The notes under the pieces were generated by a model. It was not told the DNA's origin, ran no database searches, and saw only the letters and a list, made by a program, of their open reading frames with translations. Shown piece after piece: positions 1-12,530 of a stretch of 64,000 bases of DNA. The first letter of the stretch is position 1, and each line of letters opens with the position of its first letter. The stretch is taken from the NCBI GenBank assembly GCA_030390025.1, contig CM059437.1:76260001-76324000 (forward strand), written 5' to 3'. The position numbers and the translations under genes were made by a program. This stretch comes from Squalus acanthias. Taxonomy: Eukaryota.

Positions 1-2598
1 GAGTTGTGTACAGACCTCCAAACAGCAGTAGTGAGGTGGGGGAGGGTATGAAACAGGAAATCAGAGGTGCGTGCAAAAAAGGCACGGCAGTTATCATGGG
101 TGACTTTAATATGCATATAGATTGGGCTACTCAAACTGGAAGCAATACGGTGGAGGAGGATTTCCTGGAGTGTTTAAGGGATGGTTTCCTAAACCAATAT
201 GTTGAGGAACCAACTCGAGGGGAGGCCATCCTGGACTGGGTGTTGTGTAATGAGGAGGGACTAATCAGCAATCTTGTGGTACGAGGCCCCCTGGGGAAGA
301 GTGACCATAGTATGGTGGAGTTCTACATTAGGATGGAGAAGGAAACAGATAAGTCAGAGACCATGGTCCAGAACTTAAATAAGGGCAACTTTGAGGGTAT
401 GAGGCGTGAATTGGCGAGGTTAAATTGGCAAGCGATATTTAAGGGGCTATCAGTGGAAGGGCAATGGCAGACATTTAGAGATCGCATGGATGAACTACAA
501 CAATTGTACATCCCGGTCTGGCATAAAAATAAAAAAGGGAAGGTGGCTCAACCATGGCTAACAAGGGAAATCAGGGATAGTATTAAAACCAAGGAAGTTG
601 CATACAAATTGGCCAGAAGTAGCAGCAAACCCGGGAACTGGGAGAACTTCAAAACTCAGCAGAGGAGGACGAAGGGTTTGATTAGGGCAGGGAAAATAAA
701 ATATGAAAGGAAGCTTGCAGAGAACATTAAAATGGACTGCAAAAGCTTCTATAAATATGTAAAAAGAAAGAGGTTAGTAAAAACAAACGTAGGTCCCCTG
801 CAGTCGGAAACAGGGGAAGTCGTAATGGGGAACAAGGAAATAGCAGATCAATTGAACAAGTACTTTGGTTCGGTGTTTACTGTGGAGGACACACACAACC
901 TGCCGGAAATAAAAGGGGTCAGAGGATCTGGTAAGAGGGAGGAGCTGAGGGAAATCCTTATTAGTCGGGAAAAGGTATTGGGGAAATTGATGGGACTGAA
1001 GGCTGAAAAATCCCCGGGGCCTGATGGTCTGCATCCCAGAGTACTTAAGGAGGTGGCCTTGGAAATAGTGGATGCATTGACGATCATTTTCCAACATTCC
1101 TTAGACTCTGGATCAGTTCCGATGGAGTGGAGGGTGGCCAATGTAACCCCTCTTTTTAAAAAAGGAGGGAGGGAGAAAGCAGGGAATTATAGACCGGTCA
1201 GCCTGACATCGGTCGTGGGTAAAATGATGGAAGCAATTATTAAAGATGTCATAACAGACCATTTGGAAAGTGGCGACATGATAGGTCCAAGTCAGCATGG
1301 ATTTGTGAAAGGGAAATCATGCTTGACAAATCTTCTGGAATTTTTTGAGGATGTTTCCAATAGGGTGGACAGGGGGGAACCAGTAGATGTGGTGTATTTG
1401 GACTTTCAGAAGGCCTTCGACAAGGTCCCACACAAGAGATTGGTGAGCAAAGTTAAAGCACATGGGATTGGGGGTAATGTGTTGACGTGGATTGAGAACT
1501 GGTTGGCACACAGGAAACAAAGAGTAGGAGTAAATGGGTACTTTTCAGAATGGCAGGCAGTGACCAGCGGGGTACCGCAGGGTTCGGTGCTGGGACCCCA
1601 GCTGTTTACATTATATATTAATGATTTGGACGAAGGGATTAAATGTAATATCTCCAAATTTGCGGATGACACTAAATTGGGAGGCAGTGTGAACAATGAG
1701 GAGGATGCTAGGAGGCTACAGAGTGACTTGGACAGGTTGGGTGAATGGGCAAATGTATGGCAGATGAAGTACAATGTGGATAAATGTGAGGTTATCCACT
1801 TTGGTGGTAAAAATAGAGAGGCGGACTATTACCTGAATGGTGGCAGATTAGGGAAAAGGGACGTGCAACGAGACCTGGGCGTCATGGTACATCAGTCACT
1901 GAAGGTGGGAATGCAAGTGCAGCAGGCAGTCAAGAAAGCAAACGGAATGATGGCCTTCATAGCAAGGGGATTTGAGTACAGGAGTAGGGAGGTGATGCTA
2001 CAGTTGTACAGGGCCTTGGTGAGGCCACACCTGGAGTATTGTGCGCAGTTTTGGTCTCCTAACTTAAGGAAGGACATTCTTGCTATTGAGGGAGTGCAGC
2101 GAAGGTTCACTAGATTGATTCCTGGGATGGCCGGACTGACATATCAAGAAAGATTGGGTCAACTGAACTTGTATCCTCTGGAGTTCAGAAGAATGAGGGG
2201 GGATCTTATAGAGACATTTAAAATCCTGACTGGTTTAGACAAATTAGATGCGGGCAGAATGTTCCCAATGGTAGGGAAAACTAGAACCAGGGGTCACAGT
2301 CTAAGGATTAAGGGGAAGCCATTTAGGACTGAGCTGAGGAGGAACTTCTTCACCCAGAGAGTGGTGAATCTATGGAATTCTCTTCCACAGAAGGTTGTTG
2401 AGGCCAGTTCGCTAAATATATTCAAAAGGGAGTTAGATATAACACTCACAACTAAGGGGATCAAGGGGTATGGCGAGAAAGCAGGAATGGGGTACTGAGG
2501 TAGCATGTTCAGCCATGAACGCATTGAATGGCGGTGCAGGCTCGAAGGACCGAATGGTCTACTCCTGTACCTATTTTCTATGTTTCTATGTTTCTATG
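1..2598 (+). mobile_element. CR1-clade LINE (HER1-like); 5' part lies outside the window; in MTFP1 intron 1
   Basis: Uninterrupted ORF2 (6..2498) followed by a CR1-type 3' UTR and three terminal TTTCTATG octamers (2575-2598). Confidence 0.95.
6..2498 (+). CDS. CR1 LINE ORF2: C-terminal part of the APE endonuclease plus reverse transcriptase (open at the window edge)
   Basis: Endonuclease motifs MGDFN, LDWVL and SDH; RT motifs KSPGPDG, YRPVSLTS, QHGF, YLDFQKAFDKV, GVPQGSVLGP and FADD; no stop in 830 aa. Confidence 0.93.
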   Translation: MYRPPNSSSEVGEGMKQEIRGACKKGTAVIMGDFNMHIDWATQTGSNTVEEDFLECLRDGFLNQYVEEPTRGEAILDWVLCNEEGLISNLVVRGPLGKSDHSMVEFYIRMEKETDKSETMVQNLNKGNFEGMRRELARLNWQAIFKGLSVEGQWQTFRDRMDELQQLYIPVWHKNKKGKVAQPWLTREIRDSIKTKEVAYKLARSSSKPGNWENFKTQQRRTKGLIRAGKIKYERKLAENIKMDCKSFYKYVKRKRLVKTNVGPLQSETGEVVMGNKEIADQLNKYFGSVFTVEDTHNLPEIKGVRGSGKREELREILISREKVLGKLMGLKAEKSPGPDGLHPRVLKEVALEIVDALTIIFQHSLDSGSVPMEWRVANVTPLFKKGGREKAGNYRPVSLTSVVGKMMEAIIKDVITDHLESGDMIGPSQHGFVKGKSCLTNLLEFFEDVSNRVDRGEPVDVVYLDFQKAFDKVPHKRLVSKVKAHGIGGNVLTWIENWLAHRKQRVGVNGYFSEWQAVTSGVPQGSVLGPQLFTLYINDLDEGIKCNISKFADDTKLGGSVNNEEDARRLQSDLDRLGEWANVWQMKYNVDKCEVIHFGGKNREADYYLNGGRLGKRDVQRDLGVMVHQSLKVGMQVQQAVKKANGMMAFIARGFEYRSREVMLQLYRALVRPHLEYCAQFWSPNLRKDILAIEGVQRRFTRLIPGMAGLTYQERLGQLNLYPLEFRRMRGDLIETFKILTGLDKLDAGRMFPMVGKTRTRGHSLRIKGKPFRTELRRNFFTQRVVNLWNSLPQKVVEASSLNIFKRELDITLTTKGIKGYGEKAGMGY

Positions 2599-3010
2599 TA
2601 ACCGCCTTATCAACTTGCCCTGCCACCTTCAAAGATTTGTGAATATGCACCCTCAGGTCCCTCTGCTCTTTCACCCCCCTCAAAATGGTACCAATTAGAT
2701 TATACTGCCCCTCCATGTTGTTTCTCCCAAAGTGCATCACATTAAATTGCATCTGCCATGTGTCTGCCCATTTCGCCAGTCTGTCTACGTCCTCCTGATA
2801 TGTTACTATCTTGCTCACGAATTACTACGTTACCAAGTTTTGTAGCAAACTTCAAAATTGCACTCCCTATACTTAAGTCCAAGTCATTTATATATAACAA
2901 GAAAAGCAATGGTCATAAGCCCGACCCCTGGGCGACCCCACTGCATACTCTCTCCAGTCAGAAAAACATCCGTTCACCACTACTCTCTGCCTCCCATCCC
3001 TTAGCCAATT
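2599..3010 (-). mobile_element. Degraded CR1 RT fragment, antisense, abutting the young CR1 tail
   Basis: Minus-strand ORF QEDVDRLAKWADTWQMQFN...QRDLRVHIHKSLKV resembles the CR1 RT C-terminus; it has frameshifts. Confidence 0.8.
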
Positions 3011-3251
3011 ACGTTGTGCTCAAACCTCAAAGTATGTAATAAATACCACTCCTAGACAGGTAGGCCCACAGCTCCAAGTGCATGCAATGTAGTAGTTGTC
3101 TCACATTTGTGCAGCAATTGATACTGCAGAAGAGAAATGTCTCAAGCTGTTTTGGGTTTTGCTCCTTTCATATTGTAGAGCACATTTTTAAAGCAAATAA
3201 TGGCAAAAAAAAATGGAAACAACAGATAAGTTAACTCTAATGAAAGGTTAT

Positions 3252-3954
3252 GGGGGAGAAATTCAGTATCGCCCCATTTGGGGCGCTAACTTTTGAAAGC
3301 TGGGAAACTTAGCGCCAGGCGCTAATGATTCCCAGCTTTTGCAAAATTTGGTGTTTGCACTCGAGGAAGGAAGTGGAGCGCTAAATCAAGTGCTCCACTT
3401 CCTTCCTGGAGCGCTAAAGGCCGCAGGCGGGGTGGTAGTGGTGCAGCGCTGCCGTGATCCGAGGCTCCTTCCCTCCCTTAAAGGGAAGGGCCATCGCTGC
3501 AGGCTCTGCATTGGGACCAGTTAGCTGGTCCCCGACGGCAGTCACGATCCGGCCCGATCAGCCCCATACACTCCAGCAGAGTGCCGGCCTGATCGATTGT
3601 GGCCCAGGAGGAATCGAAAAAATTCAATATCAGCGTTGTTAAAATTTTTCTCCTACCCGCGCCAACATCCCCTTTTATTTGCGCCTCCGAAGCTCCCGGC
3701 CTCCCGAACAACGCCTCCTGCAGCTGTCGGTGTTGTCGCCCGGCGATGCTGCAGGGGGCAGAACCGAAGTTCGGGTCCGGGGCGATGCGCACGGCAATGA
3801 CGTCACAGGAGTTCGTGGCGCTAGTGGTTACCGCCGCCGCAAACCTCCATGTCAATTTCGCGGGCGTCGGTACTATCGCCGCGCCCGGTTGAAAAACCAG
3901 TAGCGCGCCGTTAGTGCCCCCCCCGGAGGCGCTAAGGTACCGAATTTCTCCCCC
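3252..3954. mobile_element. GC-rich non-autonomous DNA transposon (probably PIF/Harbinger-type) with ~17-bp TIRs
   Basis: Left end GGGGGAGAAATTCAGTA and right end TACCGAATTTCTCCCCC are inverted repeats with one mismatch, flanked by TAT on both sides. Superfamily is inferred. Confidence 0.7.
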
Positions 3955-4214
3955 TATATACCTGAGACATTATTTTGTCTGTACAGGTGCTGCATGTTTC
4001 CAGCATTTTCTGTTTTTCTTTCAGATTTTCAGCATCTGTAGTTTTTGCTTTTTATTTATATTGAACAAATTCTAGTTTCTGATTTAAGATGTTTATCTTC
4101 CATCAAGAAACTGAACTATCTGTGTCTAAGGTTTAGTATTAAAATTCAGCAGTATAAAAAGTTACTGTGTTTTATGTGAATGTGTGCTTTCTCCTCCTAA
4201 GCAACAAAGAAATT

Positions 4215-4641
4215 GCTGTGGCTCAGTGGGTAGCACACTTGCCTCTGAGTCAGAAGGTTGTGGGTTCAAGACCCATTCCAGAGACTTGAGCGCAAAAATC
4301 TAGGCTGACACTCCAGTGCAGTGCTGAGGGAGTGCGGCACTGGCGGAGGTGCCGTCTTGCGGATGAGACATTAAACCGTGGGCCTGTCTGCTCTCAGATG
4401 GACGTAAAAGATCCCATGACACTATTTCGAAGAAGAGCAGGGGAGTTATTCCTGGTGTCCTAGCCAATAATTATCCCTTAATCAACATCACTAAAAACAG
4501 ATTATCTGGTCATTATCACATTGCTGTTTGTGGGAGTTTGCTGTGCGCAAATTGGCTGCTGCATTTCCCACATACAACAGTGACTACACTTCAAAAAGCG
4601 TCCGGTGGTCTTGAAAAGCGCTATATAAATGCAAGTCTTTC
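4215..4641 (+). mobile_element. tRNA-derived Deu-domain SINE (SacSINE1-like) with L2-type tail
   Basis: A box TGGCTCAGTGG, B box GGTTCAAG, central AAAGATCCC...GGTGTCCT.GCCAA domain, tail GCGCTATATAAATGCAAGTC; near-identical to 7085-7540. Confidence 0.8.
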
Positions 4642-5132
4642 ATTATGAAGCCGATAATGCGCTTCTGTGAGCCAGTACTCCTGCTGCGCAATGTGCACTG
4701 GCTGGTTGAATTACCTGGGGAGTGAGAGAAGCCTGAGGCCTACTGTGTTCCTGGAGCACATGGAGTGGTATAATGTGGTGGGGAAGCACCTGTGGTGCTG
4801 AGAAGGCTTGCGCACCAGTCTTGGATAAGCCTCATTAAGGCCCCAAATTTCATGCAAATTTTTTTTCTGAAACCATAATGCGCAACTTTTTCAATATTTG
4901 CCAAAAGAATGTGTTCTGCAATATGAAAGAAGCTGAAGCAGCTGGAGATTCTTTGCTCTTTTTCCCCATTGCATCTGCTTGCATTGGGAGGAAATGAAGC
5001 TTATTTCCATACAATGTTGGCAGAAGTTGCTAATATAAAATTCTACCAGTAACATGCAACTTATATTTAAAGAAACAGATGAGAAGCTCCACCGTTATCA
5101 CCATTGATGATCATGTCAGCCAAGGCAGTTAT

Positions 5133-5918
5133 GGAGGAAAATTCGGTTGGTTAGCGCCTCCCGGGGGTGCTAATGGGGCGCTAGGAACTTAGCGCCCGAG
5201 CGCGGCGCTTTTAGCGCCGTTCGCGAAATTGACCAGTCGTTTTGCGGCGGCGCTAAACACTACCGCCATGATCTCCTGCGCCCGCAGATCGTGACGTCAG
5301 TCAAGCGTGCAATGCCCCGGTAGCGCCGCAGACCGGATATTAAGTCGTGCCCACTGCCTTAGCGCCTGCCGCTAGGAACGACAGGTAGAGGGGAACGTTT
5401 TCAAGTCGGGAAGGGGCTGGGGGAGCGCTATTTAAAGGCGGGCGCTTCCTGCCTTTTCTTGTCGGCAAAATTTTTAGTTTTAACGCTGCCCTAAGGAGTT
5501 TTGGCCCTCAGCACCACTTTTGAGGTTCCTAAGCGCCAAGTTCTTTCCCTGGGCCTATCCATTAGTGCTTCCAACACAATTGCTTTTGAGGTCTCTCCAG
5601 GCCAAGATTCAAGGCTGCAATGAGCAGGGTGTGGCTGGCCAGCAAGATGGCCCCTCCCCTTTAAGAACTGGACGGCGCCAGTCTGTCTGGCTTCCATGGT
5701 AATTGGCATCGCCTGAGCTTCGGTAGCGTTCTGAGGTAGCGCTCCCTGACGCTTGCGCCTTAAGAGAGGTGTGTAGCGCCTGATTTAGCGCTCAAATCAC
5801 CTCCAAGGGCAATAGAGGCGAATTTTGCAGTTGGAGGCGATAATTAGCGCCGGGCGCTTATACTTTGCGCCCGGCCAATATTAGCACCCCAAAATAGGCG
5901 CTACTGAATTTTTCCCCC
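5133..5918. mobile_element. GC-rich TIR element related to 3252-3954, opposite orientation
   Basis: Ends GGAGGAAAATTCGG and CTGAATTTTTCCCCC; interior rich in TAGCGCC/GGCGCTA motifs shared with the 3252 element. Confidence 0.65.
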
Positions 5919-5984
5919 TTAGAGCCTGCCCAGATCCCATGATACATGACAGTGAACTTATTACATTAGTTACAGTACCTGACA

Positions 5985-6232
5985 TGAGGAGGAATTTCTT
6001 CACTCAGAATGTTGTGAATCTTTGGAATTCTCGACCCCCAAATGGCTGTGGATGCTGAGTCATTGCGTATATTCAAGGCTGAGAGCGATAGATTTTTGGA
6101 CTCTCGGGGAATCAAGGGATATGGGGCTTGGGCGGGAAAGTGGAGTTGAGGTCGATGATCAGCCATGATCTTATTGAATGACGGAGCAGGCTCGAGGGAT
6201 CGTATGGCCTACTCGCTCCTAATTCTTATGTT
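5985..6232 (+). mobile_element. 5'-truncated CR1 3' end
   Basis: Encodes RRNFFTQ..VNLW and GIKGYG, followed by a 3' UTR homologous to 2500-2590. Confidence 0.85.
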
Positions 6233-6393
6233 CTGACCCAGGATGACCAGGAGGCTGGTGGGACTAGCTATACAGAGGGTGGCTCTGTTAAACACATTTA
6301 AACATAAAGTGAGCGCAAACTGAGTTTATTTGAACAGACAGAGCTCTTTATTATAACAAAAATCTTATTTTTTTTTCTTTTTGGCCGATTAAG

Positions 6394-6521
6394 GATATGC
6401 TAATGAAGTTGGTGAAGCATTCCGGGCACTAGTACCCGTGGGCCTGGTCTGGGCCAGTTACGGGATATCAACGGCGTATGTGACAGCTGATGCAGTCGAC
6501 AAGGGGAAGAAAGCGGCTGCT
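6394..6521 (+). CDS. MTFP1: Mitochondrial fission process protein 1 (MTP18), coding exon 2
   Basis: AG acceptor at 6392-6393 and GTAAGT donor at 6522. The 128-bp exon translates (G)YANEVGEAFRALVPVGLVWASYGISTAYVTADAVDKGKKAAA, matching the MTFP1 GYANEVGEAFR motif. Confidence 0.95.
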
Positions 6522-7084
6522 GTAAGTACTGGCTTTATGCAAATGTTAACATACTGAACAATCCCACTCTGCTTACTATACGCCCATCGGTGTTACATTT
6601 TAAATTAGGGTGGTCACGAGCGCCATTCAGCACTTTCTGTTAGAAAACTACTCGGACGCCTAAGACTTAGGCACAATGTGATAGGCTGCTAGTGTGTGTG
6701 TGCCTGCTGTTCTGCACTGTGCAACCTGTCCCTGAACTGCATCACAGTAGACCCCATTTGTTAATTAAAGTTTGTCAAAGTTCACTTCAGACACAAGCTG
6801 CAGAATTGAGAATGAAATGTTGCACCCATCTGTTAGAAGATCTGCCTCTCCATTGTTTGTTTGTTGTAATAGCTTTATCGTTCCTCTGGCTAAGAGGGTG
6901 GGACAGTCCAGGGCATGTGTCTCCATGGTTGCAGATCACTAACAAGGACAGATCTAGTGGGACTTGTCCTCACAGCATTTCCTCCACTCCTTCCAATTCC
7001 TCTTCCCCCCCACCTCCGGCAAAAAAAAACTTCTGCTGAAAACCATTCTGTTTGAACAGGTTTATCTTGGCTTTCTATAGTGTC

Positions 7085-7541
7085 AGCTGTGGCTCAGTGG
7101 GTAGCACACTCGCCTCTGTGTCAGAAGGTTGTGGGTTCAAGTCCCACTCCAGAGACTTGAGCACATGAAGCTAGGCTGACACTCCAGTGCAGTGCTGAGC
7201 GAGTGCTGCACTGTCGGAGGTGCCGTCTTTTGGATGAGACGTTAAACCGAGGCCCCGTCTGCTCTCTCAGGTGGACGTAAAAGATCCCAAGGCACTATTT
7301 TGAAGAAGAGCAGGGGAGTTATCCCCGGTGTCCTGGCCAATATTTATCCCTCAACCAACATCACTAAAACAGATTATCTGGTCATTATCACATTGCTGTT
7401 TGTGGGAGCTTGCTGTGCACAAATTGGCTGCTGCGTTTCCCACATTACAACAGTGACTACACTTCAAAAAGTACTTCATTAGCTGTAAAGCGCTTTGAGA
7501 CGTCCGGTGGTCGTGAAAGGTGCTATATAAATCCAAGTCTT
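7085..7541 (+). mobile_element. tRNA-derived Deu-domain SINE (SacSINE1-like), full length
   Basis: Pol III A/B boxes, Deu-like core, L2-like tail GTAAAGCGCTTTGAGACGTCC...GCTATATAAAT. Confidence 0.85.
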
Positions 7542-8764
7542 TTTTTCCCTCTCATTTTAGGACTATTGAGGAGCTATCCATGAATTATCAGAGATTTTGA
7601 CAAGAGTATTTAAAAAAAAATTAAAATATTTTTCATTTAACAATTTTTTTGGAAGTAGTAAAGGATGGGGGCATGGTTTCTGCTTGTGGATGTGACAGTT
7701 CCATTTGCCCCCAGTTTTAAATAATTCTGTTCCAGAAAAGCAAAGTTGTGACTTCCAACAGCCAGTAGCTGGTTTGTAGGCAATTCCTATGCGCACAGGG
7801 CAACACTGTTCAAAATTTACTGTACCCCGGGTAAGATCCCCCATCTGTCAATAGGGCTTGGTCATGGTAGAAGCCAGCACTCCAACCCAGGAGTAATGGG
7901 CTGAGCAATATAAATGAACTATGAATAATAACTAGCTATGAAACATACTGCATTTATTATGTAGCAAAATACCCCCATACAATGTTTCCCTACTATAGAC
8001 TGTGTTTAGATTTTGATAGCATGTGGGAAAATACTTAAAACTGCAGAAGAAAGTTTTGAATAAAGAATGGTCAGCATATAGGAACTGTCATTCTGGAACT
8101 TTCCTTCCCACAACATTTTTAACTCATATGGAATAATGCAGCACCCAACAAGAAGTGTCAAATGTAATAATAGGCAATGTTTTATATATGTGGTGCCCAG
8201 AGGCTGGCCTGGTGATACAACTTGTTTGTGCGTTGAGTCACAGAGCTCTATCTCTGATTCCTTAGATCAGCTGGCCTACCTTTTTATAGAGAGAAGATTA
8301 AAGCCTGGGTCAGGGTCAACCCATGGGAAGTAGACAGAGGAATCGAGCGGCCTGTGTACAGGTTGCCCAAACAACCTCACAGCAAAGAAATTGAGCACTG
8401 GGGGTAGGTTATCTAGGAGAGAGTCAGCATAAAAGGAAGAAAGAGACAGGTCAGGAAGCAGTAGACAGACGCCAACTCAGCAGGAGAAAGCAATGATCGA
8501 AACCACCAACAGTAATGGAGACCTAAAGCTCATCGATTGTAAACCTCTGCAGTATGCCAAAATGTGGGGTAGCATTGAGTCTCAGCCTTCCCAGCCATCG
8601 AAGAGAACTCTTTGAGCTTAGTTTATTCCCAAGTGTAGGTCTGCCACAAGCAAGGCATTCTTTCTACTGCTTTTTAAAACTTACAAGCTGCCAAGAATGC
8701 CAATTTAAAATTTTTCTTTCAAGTGCTTCAAATGCCTAACAATCCTCACTCTACTCCCTCTTAG

Positions 8765-8997
8765 GCTCATGGAGACAAACCTGGAAAAGCTGTGACGGTT
8801 GGTGCAGCGGTGGTGGATACTTTTATCTGGCAGGCATTGGCCTCCGTTGTAATTCCAGGATTCACCATCAATCGGTTATGTGCAGCTTCTCTTTTGCTAC
8901 TGGGGAAAACTACGAGGTGGCCACTGCCTGTGAGAAAGTGGACAACCACCGCTATTGGCCTGTCTGCCATTCCAGTCATTATAACTCCCATTGACAG
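8765..8997 (+). CDS. MTFP1: MTFP1 coding exon 3
   Basis: TTAG acceptor and GTAAGA donor. The 233-bp exon reads AHGDKPGKAVTVGAAVVDTFIWQALASVVIPGFTINRLCAASLLLLGKTTRWPLPVRKWTTTAIGLSAIPVIITPID; phases fit the flanking exons. Confidence 0.96.
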
Positions 8998-9454
8998 GTA
9001 AGACCTTGTCTTGGGTGGTACAATTAAGTGTTTCAGACTTTCTAATTGGTTTAAAAAGCCAATGTGGTACATGTATCAATACCTCACTCAAAAGAACACA
9101 ACTTTTTGATGGGGGGAGGGGGGGGGTTTACTTGGTTATGCAAAGTTTTTAAACTAACTGAAAGCAACTGGAGAAAAAAGGGAAAGAATTGTGTGGCGAC
9201 CAATGTGATATCTGCTGGATGTGGGGAAGAGGAAAAATAGTGAAGGTCAGTGTATGTAGCAACGCCGTAAACATGTTTTTTCTGGATCATTTACCATGCC
9301 CTTATAGATAGCAACCAGAGTAATTCTTCTCCTATGTTTAGCTTATTGGTAACTGGTTTGCATAACTCACTTTTGATCTTCAAAATAGGAGAGTTTTAAA
9401 AACCCTTAACTTATTGAACTTCTGGAATGAGTTTGGACAGAACACATGACACAC

Positions 9455-10043
9455 TTGCGTTGTTCACTCAGCTCATCCACTGCTGAAACCCTCATCATTG
9501 CCTTTGTTACCTCTAGACTTGACTATTCCACGCACTCCTGGCTGGCCTCCCACATTCTACTCTACATAAACTTGAGGTCATCCAAAGCTCGGCTGCCCGT
9601 GTCCCAACTCGCACCAAGTCCCGTTCACCCATCACCCCTGTGCTTGCTGACCTACATCGGCTCCTGGTTAAGCAACACCTCGATTTCAAAATTCTCATCC
9701 TTGTTTTCAAATCCCTCCATGGCCTCGCCCCTCCCAATCTCTGTAATCTCCCCCCCCCCCCGAGATATCTGTACTCCTCTAATTCTGCCCTCTTGAGCAT
9801 CCCTGATTATAATCGCTCAACCATTCGTGGCCGTGCCTTCTGTTGCCTAGGCCCTAAGCTCGGGAATGCCCTCCCTAAACCTCTCCGCCTCACTACCTCT
9901 CTTTCCTCCTTTAAGACGCTCCTTAAAACCTACCTCTTTGATCAACTGCCCTAATCTCTCCTAATGTGGCTCGGTGTCATTTTTTGTCTTATAATACTCC
10001 TGTGAAGCGCCTTGGGACGCTTTACTACGTTAAAGGTGCTTTA
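9455..10043 (+). mobile_element. L2-clade LINE 3' fragment
   Basis: AETLIIAFVTSRLDY...LADLH.L...FKILILVFKSLHG...FKTLLKTYLF, with tail GCTTTATAAATACAAGTTATTGTTG; similar to 11900-12530. Confidence 0.88.
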
Positions 10044-11269
10044 TAAATACAAGTTATTGTTGTGTGGTAATAGGCAGTCTATTGTCAAACCCATTATGCC
10101 TTGTCTTTTATCCCAAGGCTATAGATTCACTGAACAATGTAGTCTCAGTGGAATTAATCAATGACTTTAATGTGAGGATAGTATGACCGACTGATTAACC
10201 TTCCACAATGGCCACTAGGGACAATGAGCCCAAGTTGTAAATTTCTGTTGTGGGTCATGAAAATGGAGGATTAAAGACCCAAAGCTTACCAGGGGGCATG
10301 GTCTTCACAATAAATGTGCTGGTGAACAGCACACTACGATCGACAGAGGATTTGTGGTCACATTTCATAATTTTTATTATGTTGAGAAAAGACAAATTTC
10401 CACAAGTAATGTATGTATAAAATCCCAATGAAGTTTATTTCTCATGAGCTTTCATCAGTACAGTTAGAAAGCTGTATTCACAAATGCATTGGAACCTCAT
10501 AACCACCATATGGAGCCCCACCCCCACTGGACTGATGATTTGGCTTTTCAAACTCGGTATGGAATCTGTTTGATATTAGAAGAAAGCTGCTATGCCTGCC
10601 AGGGAGCTGAGCTCCACAGTATGATCCAAGAACTCAGGCTTTGGTCATTTAACTTGGTGCAACCTGTAGCAAAGCACAGGCAGCAGGAAACGCTGTACAT
10701 TGCACTGCACAGATACTGGTCTGAGCATTATATCTATTATAATGGTAGTTGACATTGCTGGTCTACCAAGGTGATAACAGATTATTCTCTACTTTACTTT
10801 AGATTCAGTAAAGTTTAAGTCCTATAGACTCAGTTTACAGATTGAAGTTCAATCACTTGTACTAATATGCAGTATATAGTAAACAATCATTTACAGAAAT
10901 AGAAGCCATTGATTAGATCATGGCTTTGTGTCACAAATCATGAAACCACTTTGAGAGACCATTTTACTCCATTGTATACAGAAGGTCGAATTTAACCCTA
11001 CCCGCCAGGAAAAATCAGTTAATACCAAGCAGGTTAGTTACCCGCTCGGAACTCGCTCTTTCTCACCGCCTGCGATCTTAACCTGCAGGGTTCTGCAGGT
11101 GACTGCGGTGCTTTCCTAAAGCCGGCAGGTGCCTCATAAGTTTATGAAAATTGGAATCCTGTTAGGTCACTAGGAACCTGATTGGATTTTAACCCAGGCC
11201 TCAGTGAGGAGGCTATCCCACCAGGTGAAAGCAGGTCAGCAGCTGTTGGGAGGGATGAAGTCCCAAGGT

Positions 11270-12530
11270 AAGTCTTTTGTGACTGTGAAAAAGGTAAACT
11301 ATCCCTCCTCGTTCTTCTTGACTTGTCTGCAGCCTTTGACACGGTTGACTACTCCATCACCGTTCAGCTGGGTGGAACTGCACTCACCTGGTTCCATTCT
11401 TACCTATCTAATCATAACGAAAGAATCATCTGCAATGGCTTCTCTTCCCGCTCCCACATAGTTACCTCTGGTGTCCCCCCAAGGATTTAACCTTGGCCCC
11501 CTCCTATTTCTCATCTACACACTGCCCCTTGGCGACATCATCCTAAAACACAGCATCAGTTTCCACATGTATGCTGACGACACCCAACTCTACCTCTCTA
11601 CCACTTCTCTCGACCCCTTCACGGTCTCTAAATTGTCAGACTGCTTGTCCGACATCCAGTTCTGGATGAGCAGAAATTTTCTCCAATTAAATATTGGGAA
11701 GACCGAAGCTATTGTTTTCGGTCCCCGCCACAAACTCCGTTCCCTAGCCACTGACTCCATCCTTCTCTCTAACATCTGTCTGAGGCTGAACCACACTGTT
11801 CGCAACCTTGGTGTCATATTTGACCCTGAAATGAGCTTCCAACCACACATCCGCAGCATAACAAAGACCGCCTACTTCCACCTCCGTAACATCGCCCGTC
11901 TCCGCCCTTGCCTCAGCTCATCCGCTACTGAAACCCTCATCCATGCCTTTGTTACCTCTAGACTTGACTATTCAAACGCACTCCTGGTTGGCCTCCCATG
12001 TTCTACCCTATGTAAACTTGAGGTCATCCAAAATTCGGCTGCCCGTGTCCTAACTCGCACCAAGTCCCGTTCACCCATCACCCCTGTGCTCGCTGACCTA
12101 CATTGGCTTCCAGTTAAGCAACACCTCGATTTCAAAATTCTCATCCTTGTTTTCAAATCCCTCCATGGCTTTGCCCCTCCCAATCGCTAATCTCCTTCAG
12201 CCCCATAACCCTGAGATATTTGTGCTCTTCTAATTCTACCCTCTTGAGCATCCCTGATAATAATCGCTCAACCTTTGGTGGCCGTGCCTTCTGTTGCCAA
12301 GGCCCTAAACTCTGGAATTCCCTGCCTAAACCTCTCCGCCTCGCTACCTCTCTTTCCTCCTTTAAGACACTCCTTAAAACCTACCTCTTTGACCAAGCTT
12401 TTGGTCACCTGCCCTAATTTATCCTTATGTGGCTCAGTGTCAAATTTTTTGCCTTACAATACTCCTGTGAAGTGTCTTGGGATGTTTTACTATGTTAAAG
12501 GCGCTATATAAATACAAGTTGTTGCTGTTG
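11270..12530 (+). mobile_element. L2-clade LINE 3' fragment with partial RT
   Basis: LLDLSAAFDTVD, PQG..LGPLLFLIY, YADDTQLY and LHWLPV motifs with frameshifts; tail GGCGCTATATAAATACAAGTTGTTG. Confidence 0.92.
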
